64,000 nucleotides of DNA from assembly GCA_964270895.1 (NCBI GenBank), contig OZ185448.1; one strand, 5' to 3'. The number at the start of each line of letters is the position of its first letter. Position 1 is the stretch's first letter. Both the position numbers and the translations under genes were made by a program. The stretch comes from Podarcis filfolensis (Eukaryota). Below the pieces are notes generated by a model. That model was not told the origin of the DNA. It ran no database searches and worked only from the letters and a program-made list of their open reading frames with translations. Of this stretch, positions 1 through 11,418 are shown in pieces.

Positions 1-435
1 ACTCCAATAACTCTGCCATTTTGCACCCCTCCCCCCAGAACACATCCAAAATAGCCTCTTTAAATTCTATTCCATGGTGTTAGAACAACGGACGTTGATT
101 CCGTGAGACCTTATGGCTGCAGAGCCTGCTATTGAAAGGCTGGAAAAATAAGCACTCAACCTAGTCAGATGAGTGGCGTATAAATATCATTATCATCATC
201 ATCACCATCATCTGCTATTCAGCAGTCTGAAGATCTTACTGCCCTTTCTGTGCTTGAAAGTATAGCTTATCATCTTTGCTCTCATTTGGATTCCATTTGA
301 ACATAGGGACTTTCTATATTAATATGTTTAAGTCAGAATATTTGTATTCATAATGCCAGCTGGCAGTGGTTCTCTTTTTCTGTCACGTTTGCAAAACCAG
401 TATTAAAAATAAAACAAAAGGGGCTTCCCATTTAC

Positions 436-579
436 CTGCAGCTGCTCGAGCAGCCGCTCGATGATATTCAGGAGGATGTCCCAAGTGACTGCCTGGAGGT
501 CCTTCCCATATTTTTTGATCAGCCTTGTGATGGAAAGGACTATTTCATAAGACACAATGGTATTCGGACTCGTCATGGC
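436..579 (-). CDS. TSC2: TSC2 (tuberin) exon 11, 144 nt
   Basis: Encodes [48 protein letters not shown], matching tuberin. CAG acceptor, GTAAAT donor. The gene continues past the left edge. Confidence 0.97.
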
Positions 580-1484
580 CTGGAAGGGGGAGAGAAAGCC
601 CCAAGTAAGGAACTGACATACCGGGACCACCTGAATGACAGAGGGCCCATTTGCTGGTTCCACTGGGTTAGGACACTTCAAGAAGGAAGCGCCCAGAAAA
701 GTATGTTAGGTGCCATACAACGGGAGTGGTCAGAAGGGAGATCAAGGTTTCCTGGAAGACCTCCCAAGTGATTCATAGAGCAGAAACTGTTTCCAACTCC
801 CAACAACTATAACAGTAGCGACAACAAAAAGTATTTTCCCCCTTCTAGTCTGCTGAAATCGGGAAAGCTTGGGTTCCCAGACTGTGCTCAGAGCACAGTC
901 CCACACTTTGCAATTCTATGCCTGCCTTCCTAAACCATGATTTTGCACCTGGTTTTAGGTGATGCTTATAGTGAAAAGATAGATTCCACTAGCCTGAAGG
1001 CTATGCAACCCTGCCATCCAAAACTAATAATGTGTGTGGGAAAACTGCCAGAGAGACTTCAGGTGCACAAGGAAGATCAGAAAGTGCAGACTGCTACTCA
1101 GGAGTAAAGAAAGGAACTTCTGAGCCCTGGCAAACTCACTATAAAGACAATTTGCAGCCAAAAACGAAAAGGCTGTAAGTGGTGCAACTGAACCACGGTG
1201 AACGGAAGTGTGGTCACAGATGAAACAGCAGGCTGTGACTGCAGGTATCTTTGGCTTTTTCCAACACCCCTCCGCCCCCGTCCTTGCTGCTTCTGAAGCT
1301 TTGTTACAGCAAGAGAAACAGCAATCTTTTCAACCGTTATGGAGAGGAGCTTCAGCTCAATAGCCCATAGGTTCCCTCTGAATTCGCGTTCCCCAAAATT
1401 TATTTATTGCAGTTTATCCTTTCTCTGAGGAGCATTGTACAGGGATCCTCTCACAACAACCCTATGAGGTAGGTTAGTCTAAGC

Positions 1485-1765
1485 CAGGGTAGGCAACCTA
1501 AGGCCCATGGGCCACAAGTGGCCCACGGGGGTTGTTTAACCGGCCCATGAGCTGCCCCCGAACCAAGCCACCCGCTCAGCGAGTCCCCGCGCGCTGCACT
1601 AAACTGGCACAGCACGGCATGGGGACTCACTTCCACAGCACCGGAAATCACGTCTGCACAGATGCAGACACCGGAAATCACGAGCGCACACACTTATGCA
1701 CACACACAATCTGGCCCACAGAGAGATCTCCGCTGGAGTGAACCGGTAAACCTTGCCGGCCCCTG
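1485..1765. mobile_element. Non-autonomous hAT (Charlie/Buster-type) MITE nested in a MIR-like SINE
   Basis: Ends CAGGGTAGGCAA... and ...TTGCCGGCCCCTG. 8-bp TSD GTCTAAGC (1477-1484) / GTCTAAGA (1766-1773). The flanks rejoin as a SINE. Confidence 0.8.
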
Positions 1766-1886
1766 GTCTAAGAGGCAGTAATAAGCCCAAGATCACCCAG
1801 CAAACTTCACACCTGAGCCAGGATTTTAATCTAAGCCTCCACCATCTATCACCCGCATGACCCTGGTTCGAAGGGCTCAGAATTAC

Positions 1887-2013
1887 CTTCAGAAAGGAGG
1901 GCAGTACTGAAGTTGGCGAATTCCTGAGTGACTGCAGCCTGTGCGCTCCCCACAAAGCCATGCCCACGAAAAACACAGCCCCTCTCAGCAGTGCGGCATC
2001 TACCATGTAGGTC
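1887..2013 (-). CDS. TSC2: TSC2 exon 10, 127 nt
   Basis: (R)[49 protein letters not shown] acceptor, GTAATT donor; phase fits neighbouring exons. Confidence 0.97.
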
Positions 2014-2871
2014 CTGCAAACATGGGAATTTTGACCACGATTAGTGGGTCTCAGACTTGGGCTTCAGGATCTTCCTTAAATCAGTACCAGTGAGAAAGGG
2101 GGAGGGAGGGGCCAGAGCCATCTTTCATTTTTTTTGCTCCTATCAGCACAAGTCCACTCCTCCCAACCTCCTTGCGGTGCACACCTGGCCCTATGGGGTC
2201 AGTGTCATCTGGATTTCTAAAACTTCCAACAGTGATGACGATATACAGGCAACTCCCCATTTACGCGCATTCAAGTCACACATGGCCGTGCGTCGCTGCA
2301 AACCTGCAAGTGGCATGAAATGAAGCAAAAACGGCCCTAAAAGAGAGAAGAAACAGCAAAAAGGGTGCAAAAACAGTGTCTAGCAATCCCACGAGCCTTT
2401 GCAAGTGCAAACTCAGGAGGCCTATGGAGATTTTGAGCAAGGAGGTTTGGAGGGAGTGATTGTGGCGTTTGCAGACTTTTTCAATTGTGTTCCAAGTATA
2501 CACAATTTCACTTAAACGTGCGGTGCCTCAGATCATAACCCCTGTGTAAATGGGGAGTTGCCGGTAGTAGGTCTTGGGGGAAAAATATCAAGAGCTCATG
2601 CTCTTCTCTCTGTCTGGATAGCTGCTAAGACAGCCCTATCCAAGCCTTCCTCAGTGAACCGCCACTGAGCATTGGTCTCACAAAGCAGTCCATGCAAAGC
2701 TTGCAAGTCCAGCTGCCTGCCCTAGGATGTCAAGAGTGGGGTTAACCCCTGTACCCCTACAATCTTTTGGGCAGCATTAAAGCAGTTCTCTTGTACCAGC
2801 GTGGCACCCAACTTTGCGCTTGCTCCCGGCCCCAGGGAAAGCAGAGGTTTCAGCAGGTGGCACAGAAGTAC

Positions 2872-2945
2872 CTGTCCTCCATGATCCGGCACATGTTGTA
2901 AATGGCACTGTGCCCCAAGTGAGTTCCTAACAGATTGCGCATGAG
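2872..2945 (-). CDS. TSC2: TSC2 exon 9, 74 nt
   Basis: [24 protein letters not shown](R). CAG acceptor, GTACTT donor. Confidence 0.97.
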
Positions 2946-3289
2946 CTGAAGGACAAACAGAAGCATGTTGTTAAACAGAAGCAAATCCCTCGGAATTCTG
3001 TACACGCACATACATACATGCATGAACACACACACACACACAAACGGACAAAAAGAAAAAAGAAATGCACAAAATTTATGCACTGAAAAATTATAGAAAG
3101 TGCAAAGTCTGGTACAAAACCCTGCAGTAGCAATAAGGAACGTATACAAGATTTGCACAATTCTAGTTGCAAGATAATGAATCATCAAGTTTAACAGTTT
3201 GGAAAAGATAATGCAAGAATGATCTTGGTGCAAAATGCCACCTTTGGTTTTTCAGCACAGTGAATGCATGCAGAAGCCTTGGGGGTAGC

Positions 3290-3580
3290 TGGACCTCCTG
3301 GGGTGGACTAGATATCCCTTGGTGTACCTTCCAACTATGCAATTCGGTGATCCTATGTTTCTATAACTCAACAGTAGGCAGAAGTTTCTGATGCTAAGAA
3401 CCGTTGATACAGTGGAGCAGACTACCTGAGAAGGTGGTGGCCTCTCCTTCACTGGAGGTTTTTAAGAAAGGTCTGATCACCATCTGCCAAGCATTCTTTA
3501 GCTGGGATTTCTGCACTGCAGGGGGTTGGGCTAGATGACCCCTGGGGGTACCTTCCAATTCTACAGTTCTATGAATCTAT
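3290..3580 (+). mobile_element. CR1 LINE 3' end fragments
   Basis: Typical CR1 3' sequence (...CCTTCACTGGAGGTTTTTAAG...CTAGATGACC...TTCTATG). Boundaries approximate. Confidence 0.7.
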
Positions 3581-3676
3581 TTAGCCTAAATAGCTAAATA
3601 GCTTCCTACATTCAGTCTTTTCTCCCCCAGGACCACCGAACTGCCTTCTACCCAGAGAACTGGCAAGATAACGGAC

Positions 3677-3802
3677 CTTCCAGCAAGGCTCACAGAGTTC
3701 CTTCACGTTGATCGTCCGGCACAAGGTGATTATGAAGACTGGGAGGGTTTCCGAAGGCAAGCAGTTGTAGCACACCACGGCGTCAAGGACCTGCAGGGAA
3801 AC
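3677..3802 (-). CDS. TSC2: TSC2 exon 8, 126 nt
   Basis: [45 protein letters not shown] acceptor, GTCCGT donor. Confidence 0.97.
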
Positions 3803-4013
3803 CTGGGAAGAGGGAAAAGGAATGTGATTGCCTTGGAACAGTATCATTAATCTTATTTATTTCAGGTACTTTTTAAAACTTAAATTTCAGGATTTCCATA
3901 TGAAATGCTTTTTAAAAAAGAAATACAAAGAAGAACGATTATAATTCATTTTTTTAAAATACACTTATATCTCACATTTTTTTCTCTGATGAGCTTTAAG
4001 TAGTATACATCCT

Positions 4014-4367
4014 AAAGGTAAAGGTAAAGGTAAAGGGACCCCTGACTGTTAAGTCCAGTCGTGGACGACTCTGGGGTTGTGGTGCTCATCTCGCTTTACT
4101 GGCCGACAGACAGCTTCCAGGTTATGCGGCCAGCATGACTAAGCCGCTTCTGGCGAACCAGAGCAGCACACGGAAACGCTGTTTACCTTCCCGCCGGAGC
4201 GGTACCTATTTATCTACTTGCACCGGTATGCTTTTGAACTGCTAGGTTGGCAGAAGCTGGGACAGAGCAACGGGAGCTCACCCTGTAGCAAAGGTTCAAA
4301 CTGCCGATCTTCCAATTGGCAAGCCCAAAAGGCTCAGTGGTTTAGACCACAGTGTCACCCAAGTCTC
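4014..4367 (-). mobile_element. Sauria-type SINE, full length
   Basis: tRNA-like head, BovB-related body and (ACCTTT)n tail, seen as AAAGGT repeats on +. Confidence 0.9.
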
Positions 4368-4525
4368 TAATCCCCACAACAACAGGCTAGGCTGTAGTAG
4401 GTTAGGTGAGAGGCAGTGACTGAGCTCAAGGTCAGTCAGTGAGCTTCCTGGCAGAACAGGGATTTGAACCCTGGTCTCTCAGGTCCTAGTCCAACACCTT
4501 AACCACTTTATCACACTGGCTCTCA
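4368..4525 (-). mobile_element. MIR/Ther1-like tRNA-derived SINE
   Basis: A-box/B-box-like head (GTGGTTAAG...GGTTCAAATCC) plus core. Similar copies at about 8415-8590 (+), 35895-36030 (+), 44125-44275 (+), 48085-48250 (-) and 55075-55305 (-). Confidence 0.7.
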
Positions 4526-4963
4526 AACAGACAGAAACAAACAGAGAACTACCTTTACATGCCTGCTGAACCAGGAAAATCTTAGCCATGCATCTGAATT
4601 CAACAGCAAGGGGACCTCTCTAATTTCAGTAGGAAGAGAGTTCCACAGCCGAGATTTTACAGTCCAGCTTCAACTCTGTCCCAAACCACAACCCCACTGC
4701 TATTAATGAAGAGAAGGGGAATACTGTTTCCACTTGAGACAACAAACGACAAATTAACAGAAAAAGTTGGTTCCAAGGAGGGATTGTTGAGAGAGAAAGG
4801 TTTGACATCCCAGAGGATTCTGGAGGGAATTCCAGTCATGGGAACCGGAAGGGAGAATGGGTAGAAGTGTTTTAAGAAAGCACCACCAACACCACAAATA
4901 TTGCTCTCCTATTTATAATGGCACTTTGTCCTAACACCCATAGTATTACACATAACTACTGAC

Positions 4964-5012
4964 CTCAATGTCAACTGCGGAAGATGTCTGAATGCACAAG
5001 AGACAAATCATG
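4964..5012 (-). CDS. TSC2: TSC2 exon 7, 49 nt
   Basis: (N)MICLLCIQTSSAVDIE, read manually (not in the ORF track). Polypyrimidine tract plus TACAG acceptor, GTCAGT donor. Confidence 0.95.
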
Positions 5013-5389
5013 CTGTAGGAAAGAAAAACATAAAAATAAAAATCTAGCCCTCCAGGGCAAAATTTCTAAATCTACACGCTCAACCCTACCAGGAAGCCCA
5101 CCCCATCCCAGAGATACAAGAGCTGGTTGCCCTGACCGAATTCTCCTTTATCATCATGCACTTATGATTAGGCACATAGGAAGCTGCCTTCTACCTAGTC
5201 AGACCATTGGTCCATCTAGCTCAGTATCATCAGCACTGATTGGCAGCAGCAATCCAAGGTTTCAGGCAGGGGTCTTTCCCAGCCCTACCTAGAGATGAAA
5301 ATATGGAGTCCACATGGAGGTCAGACTGCTAATTTAACCCTCAAACAGGGTTTCTTAGAACCAACAGAAGGTTTAAAGATTAGCCTTAC

Positions 5390-5507
5390 TTGACCATGTC
5401 AGCGATATATTCATCCAAGTAGCAGCTATTGAACTTGACTAGGTTGACCAGCACCAGCAGGAACTCTGAATCCAAACCAATATCCATCCACTGAAGGACA
5501 AATTCAG
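5390..5507 (-). CDS. TSC2: TSC2 exon 6, 118 nt
   Basis: (A)[38 protein letters not shown], read manually. CAG acceptor, GTAAGG donor. Confidence 0.96.
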
Positions 5508-5934
5508 CTGAAGGAGAAGAAAAGAGGAATGCAGCCTGGAAACAAAATCACTACAAATTAACTTGTTTTCAACTTGCTGTAACACCTCCTGTTTTCTGAA
5601 CCCCAGAAGGCGTTTCACAGCCGTGACAGATGTACCTCTCGTGCTTCTGCCTGACCCATCCAGATATTCACCAGACATGTCTTATTGCAGGAACATCAGA
5701 ACCGCCTTGCTGGACCAGGTCAAAGGTCCTTCTGGGTTAGCATTCTGCTTCCACTAATGAGCAGCCAAGTACTCCTGGGAAGTCCTCAAGCACGAAGGAA
5801 ATACCACCAGCCCACCCACAGAGGAGACATATGCTGCTGTATTTATTTCATTGACCTTTAAACCTGCCTCTGTGTCAAACTATGTGTGTATGATTCAGAT
5901 CTGGGATTCATTATTGGGGGGTTAACTTACAGGA

Positions 5935-6125
5935 ACAAAGGAAGCTGCCTTATACCAAGTCGAGCCATTGGTTCCTTTTATTCAGTCTTGTCCATCTAGC
6001 TCAGTCTTGCTGACACTGACTGGCAGCAGCTCTCCAGGGTTGCAGACAGGGGACACTCCTAGCCCTACGTAGAAGTTCAGTTCAGTGACTGAACCGGGAA
6101 CCTTCTACATGCAAAGCATATTAAC
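5935..6125 (-). mobile_element. tRNA-derived SINE (Squam2-like)
   Basis: Shared body GCTGCTGCCAGTCAGTG...GAGCTAGATGGACCAA...TATAAGGCAGCTTCCT. Other copies at about 5175-5296 (-), 8232-8405 (+), 40372-40570 (+), 43428-43560 (-), 43775-43915 (+) and 50858-51020 (-). Confidence 0.75.
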
Positions 6126-6263
6126 TAATAATATTTTTTGTATAGCACAAGTAAACTGAACGTTCCATTATTATGAAACTTTGACACATTGCAGGTTTTG
6201 GTCACTCTCCTCTCTGAGCAAGAATTTGCCACGATTAAATTAGTGGCTAAAAAGGGGACATAC

Positions 6264-6408
6264 CCAAATTTTCTTCCAAATACGTTACGCATTTTCCGTT
6301 ATCCGTAAGAGCCTTGAACACTTCAAGCCGTTCGTGCATGTCTTCATTAGAAGGATAATCTTTAATCACTTTGAAAAAGTGAGCTCGGAGGATACCAAGC
6401 CCCTCGCC
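6264..6408 (-). CDS. TSC2: TSC2 exon 5, 145 nt
   Basis: [48 protein letters not shown], read manually. TTTTAG acceptor, GTATGT donor. Confidence 0.96.
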
Positions 6409-6539
6409 CTAAAAGATGAGAGGAGTGGCTTCTTGACAAATTGTGGCTACTGGAATTTGGAAATCATGTTTTCTGCTAGTCCATAGTCCCATTCACAGTG
6501 TCTAGTTTCTGCATGCCTCAGGTGCACTCTGTGTCTTAC

Positions 6540-6650
6540 CTGCCCTTGAATAATTGCCTTCAGGAGGTGGAGCACAGCATGCCTGGCTTCAGCTGGTCGG
6601 TCGGGCTGCAGCATATCATCAACCACTTTCCAGATGGCTTCCACTGCATG
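6540..6650 (-). CDS. TSC2: TSC2 exon 4, 111 nt
   Basis: [40 protein letters not shown] acceptor, GTAAGA donor. Confidence 0.97.
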
Positions 6651-6770
6651 CTGAGGGCACAGAAAACTCCAGGTTACCCCCCACATTCACACCTCACTGT
6701 CCATTGTGAGGAAGGGGCCTTTTGGTGTAACTTCCTTATACATTTATCAGTTTTCTGCCCATGTACTCAC

Positions 6771-6857
6771 ATCTTCAAACTTTCTAGTTTTTGCTACCTC
6801 ACAGATTTGACCGATTGCTCTTATCCGATTGTTCAAGCCAGATTCTATGCTCAGTTC
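6771..6857 (-). CDS. TSC2: TSC2 exon 3, 87 nt
   Basis: [29 protein letters not shown], read manually. CTTTCAG acceptor, GTGAGT donor. Confidence 0.96.
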
Positions 6858-7747
6858 CTGAAAGGAAAAGAAGGCAGCTTTAAACCATCACAAGTTGCTT
6901 GCAGCCCGATTAACCTCACAGCTAAAATGCTGTTCTGAGCCCCACAAGCAAGGGCAGAGTAAAAATGTGATTAATATCTAAACTAATTTGTTTTTGGTTT
7001 AAGATGTATATGAGCTTTCTCTATGGCAACACTGAACTCAAATAAAACAATTCCTCTGCTTTTGTGATCTCTTCTTGTGTGGGGTCATGGCCAATGATCA
7101 GCATATTGTCACCATACGAAGAGACTGCCAGAACTCTCAGCTGCAAGCAAACAGATGGCACTAATCGTAATTCACAGGTAGATAAATGCCGTGTCATCAA
7201 AAAGTGGAAATGGAAGAGTTTTGTCTGTCAGCGACCAGCCATCAGGTCCTCTTTCAAGTGAGGAGGCTGAAGATTCCTGAACCAGAAGGGGAAGGGCACA
7301 GAGGGCCAACCCCAGGAGCACTGCTACTGGATAAGCCAGTAGAACCAGCATCCCTCCAGACTGAGGATACGGCACTGCTATCCTCTGACATGAAGGACTC
7401 CATTGCAGATGACCCAATAAGGACAGAGGCAGTAAGAGGCTATTGGAAAAGGCTGAGGTGCTTTAGATAAAATATCACTTTCTAGCATGGGTGAAGCTAA
7501 CACTTTGGATGTAGCCTCCACCTTGGGCTCAGCCTCCATTTGAGCTTTTTGTTAGCATTGCCTCAACTGGTCAAGCACCCAGCCTGAGCCCTGCCTAGCT
7601 CTGTACTCTGTATCCTTGGGCTTACCACACCATAGAATAGGACACTGCCTCTTTCCCTCCTGTGTTTAACCTGCTTAGGTAGCCTTTGCCCTCTTTTAAT
7701 TTCCAGATGCTGATGTATATCAGGCATCCAGTATATTCGTGTGTTAC

Positions 7748-7885
7748 CTTGAGTATTTCTGGGGTGATAACAAATTCCGTTTGCTTTCCTTCCGATGACT
7801 TGGAATTAGATTTGGAATTCCCAAGTCCTAAGAGATTCTTGAACTTCTCCTTTAGGCCAGGATCTTTGCTTTGTGGCTTTGCCAT
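7748..7885 (-). CDS. TSC2: TSC2 exon 2 coding part (start codon), 138 nt
   Basis: [46 protein letters not shown], the tuberin N-terminus. GTAACA donor; likely acceptor TTGCACAG with the exon starting at 7911 (alternative at 7891). All ten exon lengths (138,87,111,145,118,49,126,74,127,144) match those I recall for mammalian TSC2 and join in frame. Confidence 0.97.
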
Positions 7886-8699
7886 CGTTAACTAAGAAAG
7901 AATCAAGGAACCTGTGCAAGTAGAAGACAGAGGATGGCACCATCAGCAGAACATAGTCAACAGCCCCACATTTCTTCATATAGTTGGTGCAACACAGATG
8001 CTCCATAGATACACAGTGTGCTCCACACAAGCAGAGGTTCCCCCTTCCACTCCTTAAAGACAGTGCCATGTGTGAATCCAATAGAATGCATAAGCTGCTC
8101 CAAGGGCTCAATGGGTGGAGTAGTTCCACATGCTCATCAAAGCACCTGCCAAGCACTGGATCGGAGCCTCATATGACACAGACTGCAAAGCCAGAGTACA
8201 TTATCCATTTATATTATGAGCGTATCATATCTGGAGTGGTAGAGCATTTGCTTTGCACACAGAAATTCCCAGGTTCAATCCTTGGCTTTTCTAGGTAGAG
8301 CTGGGAATGTCCCCTCCCAGAAATCCTGCAAAGCCGCTGCCAGTCAGTATTCACAGCTAGATGGACCAAGGACCTGACTCAGTATAAGGCAACTTCCTAT
8401 GTACCCCCAAAGAGTGAGTGTGGCACAGCAGTTAAAAGTGTTGTACTTTGGACCTATTCAATTCTATCCTCAAGCACTGAAACTCACTGGGTGACTTTCA
8501 ACCAGTCATTCTGTCTCTCAGCCTAACCTACCTCACAAGGGCAGGGGTGTATGCTGCCTTAGGCTCTTTGGAGGAAAGACAATATATAAATTTAATAAGA
8601 CATGGTAAAGCAGGCATAGTCACTATAAATAAATCAAATGCCCCTGTCACAATAAATCTGTTAGTCTTTGGGGGCAGGATGGAGGCTATGCAAACCAAA

Positions 8700-8890
8700 G
8701 TCATAGAATCACAGAACTGTAGAGCTAGAAGGGGCCCAAAGGGTCATCTAGCTCAACCCCCTGCAATGCAGTAATCACAGCTAAATAATCAGATGGTCAT
8801 CCAACTTCTGTGTAAAAACCACCAGTGAAGGAGAGTCCACCACCTCCCGAGATCATCTGTTCCATTGTCAAACAACTCTCTCTTCTTTTA
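8700..8890 (-). mobile_element. CR1 LINE 3' end fragment
   Basis: CATAGAATCACAGAACTGTAGAGCTAGAAGGG... terminus. Related copies at about 22275-22355 and 23437-23560. Confidence 0.7.
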
Positions 8891-10555
8891 ATAGATGGGG
8901 TGTTAGGAGAGGGACAGTACCTCTGGTGGAGGACACAACATGCTTTTTCTGAGGTAGTTTGTCCACCTTTGGTCCCCAACCTGCACTCAACTCTCACCTG
9001 TGGCTCCTAGAAGCGGTCAGCATGCAACAGTGGCCACACCCCAGGAATGGCTTTGACTGGCCAGTTAAAGCAGGTGAGGGTAGCCCATGGGTCTCAAACC
9101 CTCAATGAGTTAGGGACTTTCCCTGCATGCAAAGACAGGCTCCGGTGGATTGAGACAAGACCAACTGTGGGTCCAACGGTCAAGAATGTGGTTTCTTCAC
9201 ATGCTGTAGTGACAGAAGTGAGGGGCAGATGGGGCTCATCAACCTGGGAAGGTAGCCCAATTAGGAGAAAGAAAACTCTGATTCTAAACCTCCACTGCCT
9301 TGTGGTATAACTTTGGGAGAAGAAAAAGCTAAGGAGTAAACCCTACATAAAACCAGAGTGGAGTCCCTAAGACAGTTGGAGGGCACCTTGTACACCTCCT
9401 CCCGGCAACTCCTTGCAACCAAGCTAGTGCCAAACATATTGCTCAGCTTTCCTTTGGACCACATCAGCAAGAAAGAGAGGGTCTTGCCATCTGGGCAGCC
9501 CAGGACTTCCATACACACTGCCCAGACTTGGTCACTGCCCAGGGGAGGTTCACTTCAGTGCTGCTAATGCAGCGGTTTGACTTCACCTCTGGAGGTGCAC
9601 TCCATTGTCTCTCAAGACAGATGCCAACTACTACTACTATTACAGATTTTATTAAAACAGCTCTTATTTCATTTATTGTAGTTATCTTGAGTATTTTTCC
9701 ACTATGTTACTCCCAACATAAAAGTGCTTTACAATTCTTGTCCTCACCACAACCCCCTGAGGCAGGTTATACAGCTGCATCCACTTCACCAGAGCACCTT
9801 GGCTGGTCCAAATATCTCAGTGCCACTATAAGACTCTTAACAGAAGACTAGAAGAAGGGCCACCATTCTGAAAGTTGTTTCCATGCACAACAAATTCTGC
9901 AGAACTCAGTGTCACAACGGTATAATGCATTGCTTGCTAGCAGCACAAGTTCCCCTCTCTAAAACTGGCCTGCAAGTTAAGAGATTGCAAAACACATGCA
10001 TAGCCATTTGCTCCTAGCATGGAGGTAAGACAAACCCAGGACATCACTTGCAATCTTGGTGACACCACCACCACCTCTGTCTTTGCAGAAGCTAATTCAT
10101 TATTTGTCTCCACAAAACACCCTCATGCCACAGCTGCTGTTACACGTTTAACACCATTTCCGTTAAGCCTTTTCCAATCAATGCAGCTGCACATGGGTCT
10201 AAGCTGCACCCCAAAACCTTTATCGTCACAACAACCCGATGAGGTAGGCCAGGCTGTCCCCACAGACAACAAACTTTGCAACCATCCAGGCATTACATGT
10301 TTACATATTTGTTGACATCCTAGCTTTCTTCCAAGGAGCAAAAGGCAGGACGTGCACACAGTCTCTATTCCTCCCTCCCCCACAAAAAAATTATACCCTC
10401 ACAACCACCCTGTGAGGTAGGCCAGGTGGGGAGAAAGTCAGTGAGGGGAGGGCAAGAAGCTTGCTGCTCCCTCCTGCCCAACCCCCAGTTCGCTCCAGAG
10501 CCCCCAGCACCTTGTTATCCCCATGGCACCCATTGCTCCCAGTGAGGCTACTCAC

Positions 10556-10690
10556 CTCCTGTGCTCCTAGCCCCCCACATAAACACACACACTCGAAACC
10601 CACCCCCCGTCCCACTCGCCGCCGCCGCCGCCTCCTCCTCAGCCCATAGACCCCGCCCCCTTCCACCGGAAACGCGGGTCCACTTCCGGC
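10556..10690 (-). other. TSC2: Probable TSC2 non-coding exon 1 (5' boundary uncertain)
   Basis: Consensus donor AG|GTGAGT at 10556/10555 just downstream of the CpG-rich promoter; contains a GAG/GCG repeat. The TSS is not observable from sequence. Confidence 0.55.
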
Positions 10691-10790
10691 TTGGTGTGCG
10701 AGGCAGACACGGTGAATGCGCCGGCGGCCGCCGCGGGGCATTGTGGAGCTTGTAGTTCTGGGTCCAGGCGGAGGCATGTGCGCGAGTCGC
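10600..10790. promoter_or_regulatory. TSC2/NTHL1 bidirectional CpG-rich promoter
   Basis: Strongest CpG cluster in the window, between the divergent genes. GC box CCCCGCCCC 10651-10659; ETS cores CCGGAA 10666-10671 (+) and CACTTCCGG 10681-10689 (-); no TATA box. Confidence 0.88.
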
Positions 10791-10827
10791 GGGGTCTGCA
10801 CCCGGTTGCAGCTGAGCAAAAGGAGAG
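10776..10827 (+). CDS. NTHL1: NTHL1 exon 1 coding part, 52 nt
   Basis: MCASRGVCTRLQLSKRR(G). The AG|GTCAGA donor gives phase 1, as exon 2 requires. An in-frame upstream ATG exists at 10716. The N-terminus is poorly conserved, so the boundaries are less certain. Confidence 0.72.
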
Positions 10828-11073
10828 GTCAGACCCGGCAAGCGGGTTCGGGGAGGCTTCTTGGCTCTGGGGGCAAGAGCCAGGAGGCTTGGGCTGAGCC
10901 CCCTGAGACGTATATTGAATCAGAGCATTGGTCTACTTAGCCTAGTTTTGCCTATAGGAATTGGCAGCAATGGCTCTAGTCTAGGGTTTCAGGCAGGGAG
11001 TTTTTACCCCGACCCCCGTCCTATCTGCAGATGCCGCTGGGGATTGGTGCTGCGACCTCCTGCATGCAAAGCA

Positions 11074-11418
11074 CAGACCCTCCAAGTGTCTCTCTTTTCC
11101 AGCGACGTCCCTGATTTAGAGAAGCCGCCCCGGTTTCGGATTTGATCCTGGAATGTACCACTTTTCCTTAGAATGTCCCTATTTTCATGGGAGAAATGTT
11201 GGAGGATATGGAGTTATCCGACCCCCGAGCCGTCTGAAGGCAATCCTGTATAGGGAAGAGTTTTTTAAATGTTTAATGTTTTATTGTGTTTTCATATATG
11301 TTGGGAGCTGCCCAGAGTGGCTAGGGCAACCCAGTAAGATGTGTGGGGTATAAATAGTAAAATTATCGTTATGAAATGGGACGTCTCTATTTTCATCGGA
11401 GAAATGTTGGAGGGTATG
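11074..11418. mobile_element. Composite non-autonomous TIR element with 6-bp TSD
   Basis: Termini CAGACCCTCCAAG / GTTGGAGGGTATG. AAAGCA is duplicated at 11068-11073 and 11419-11424. Removing the element restores the host tRNA-SINE head. It contains an internal L2 tail. Confidence 0.8.
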
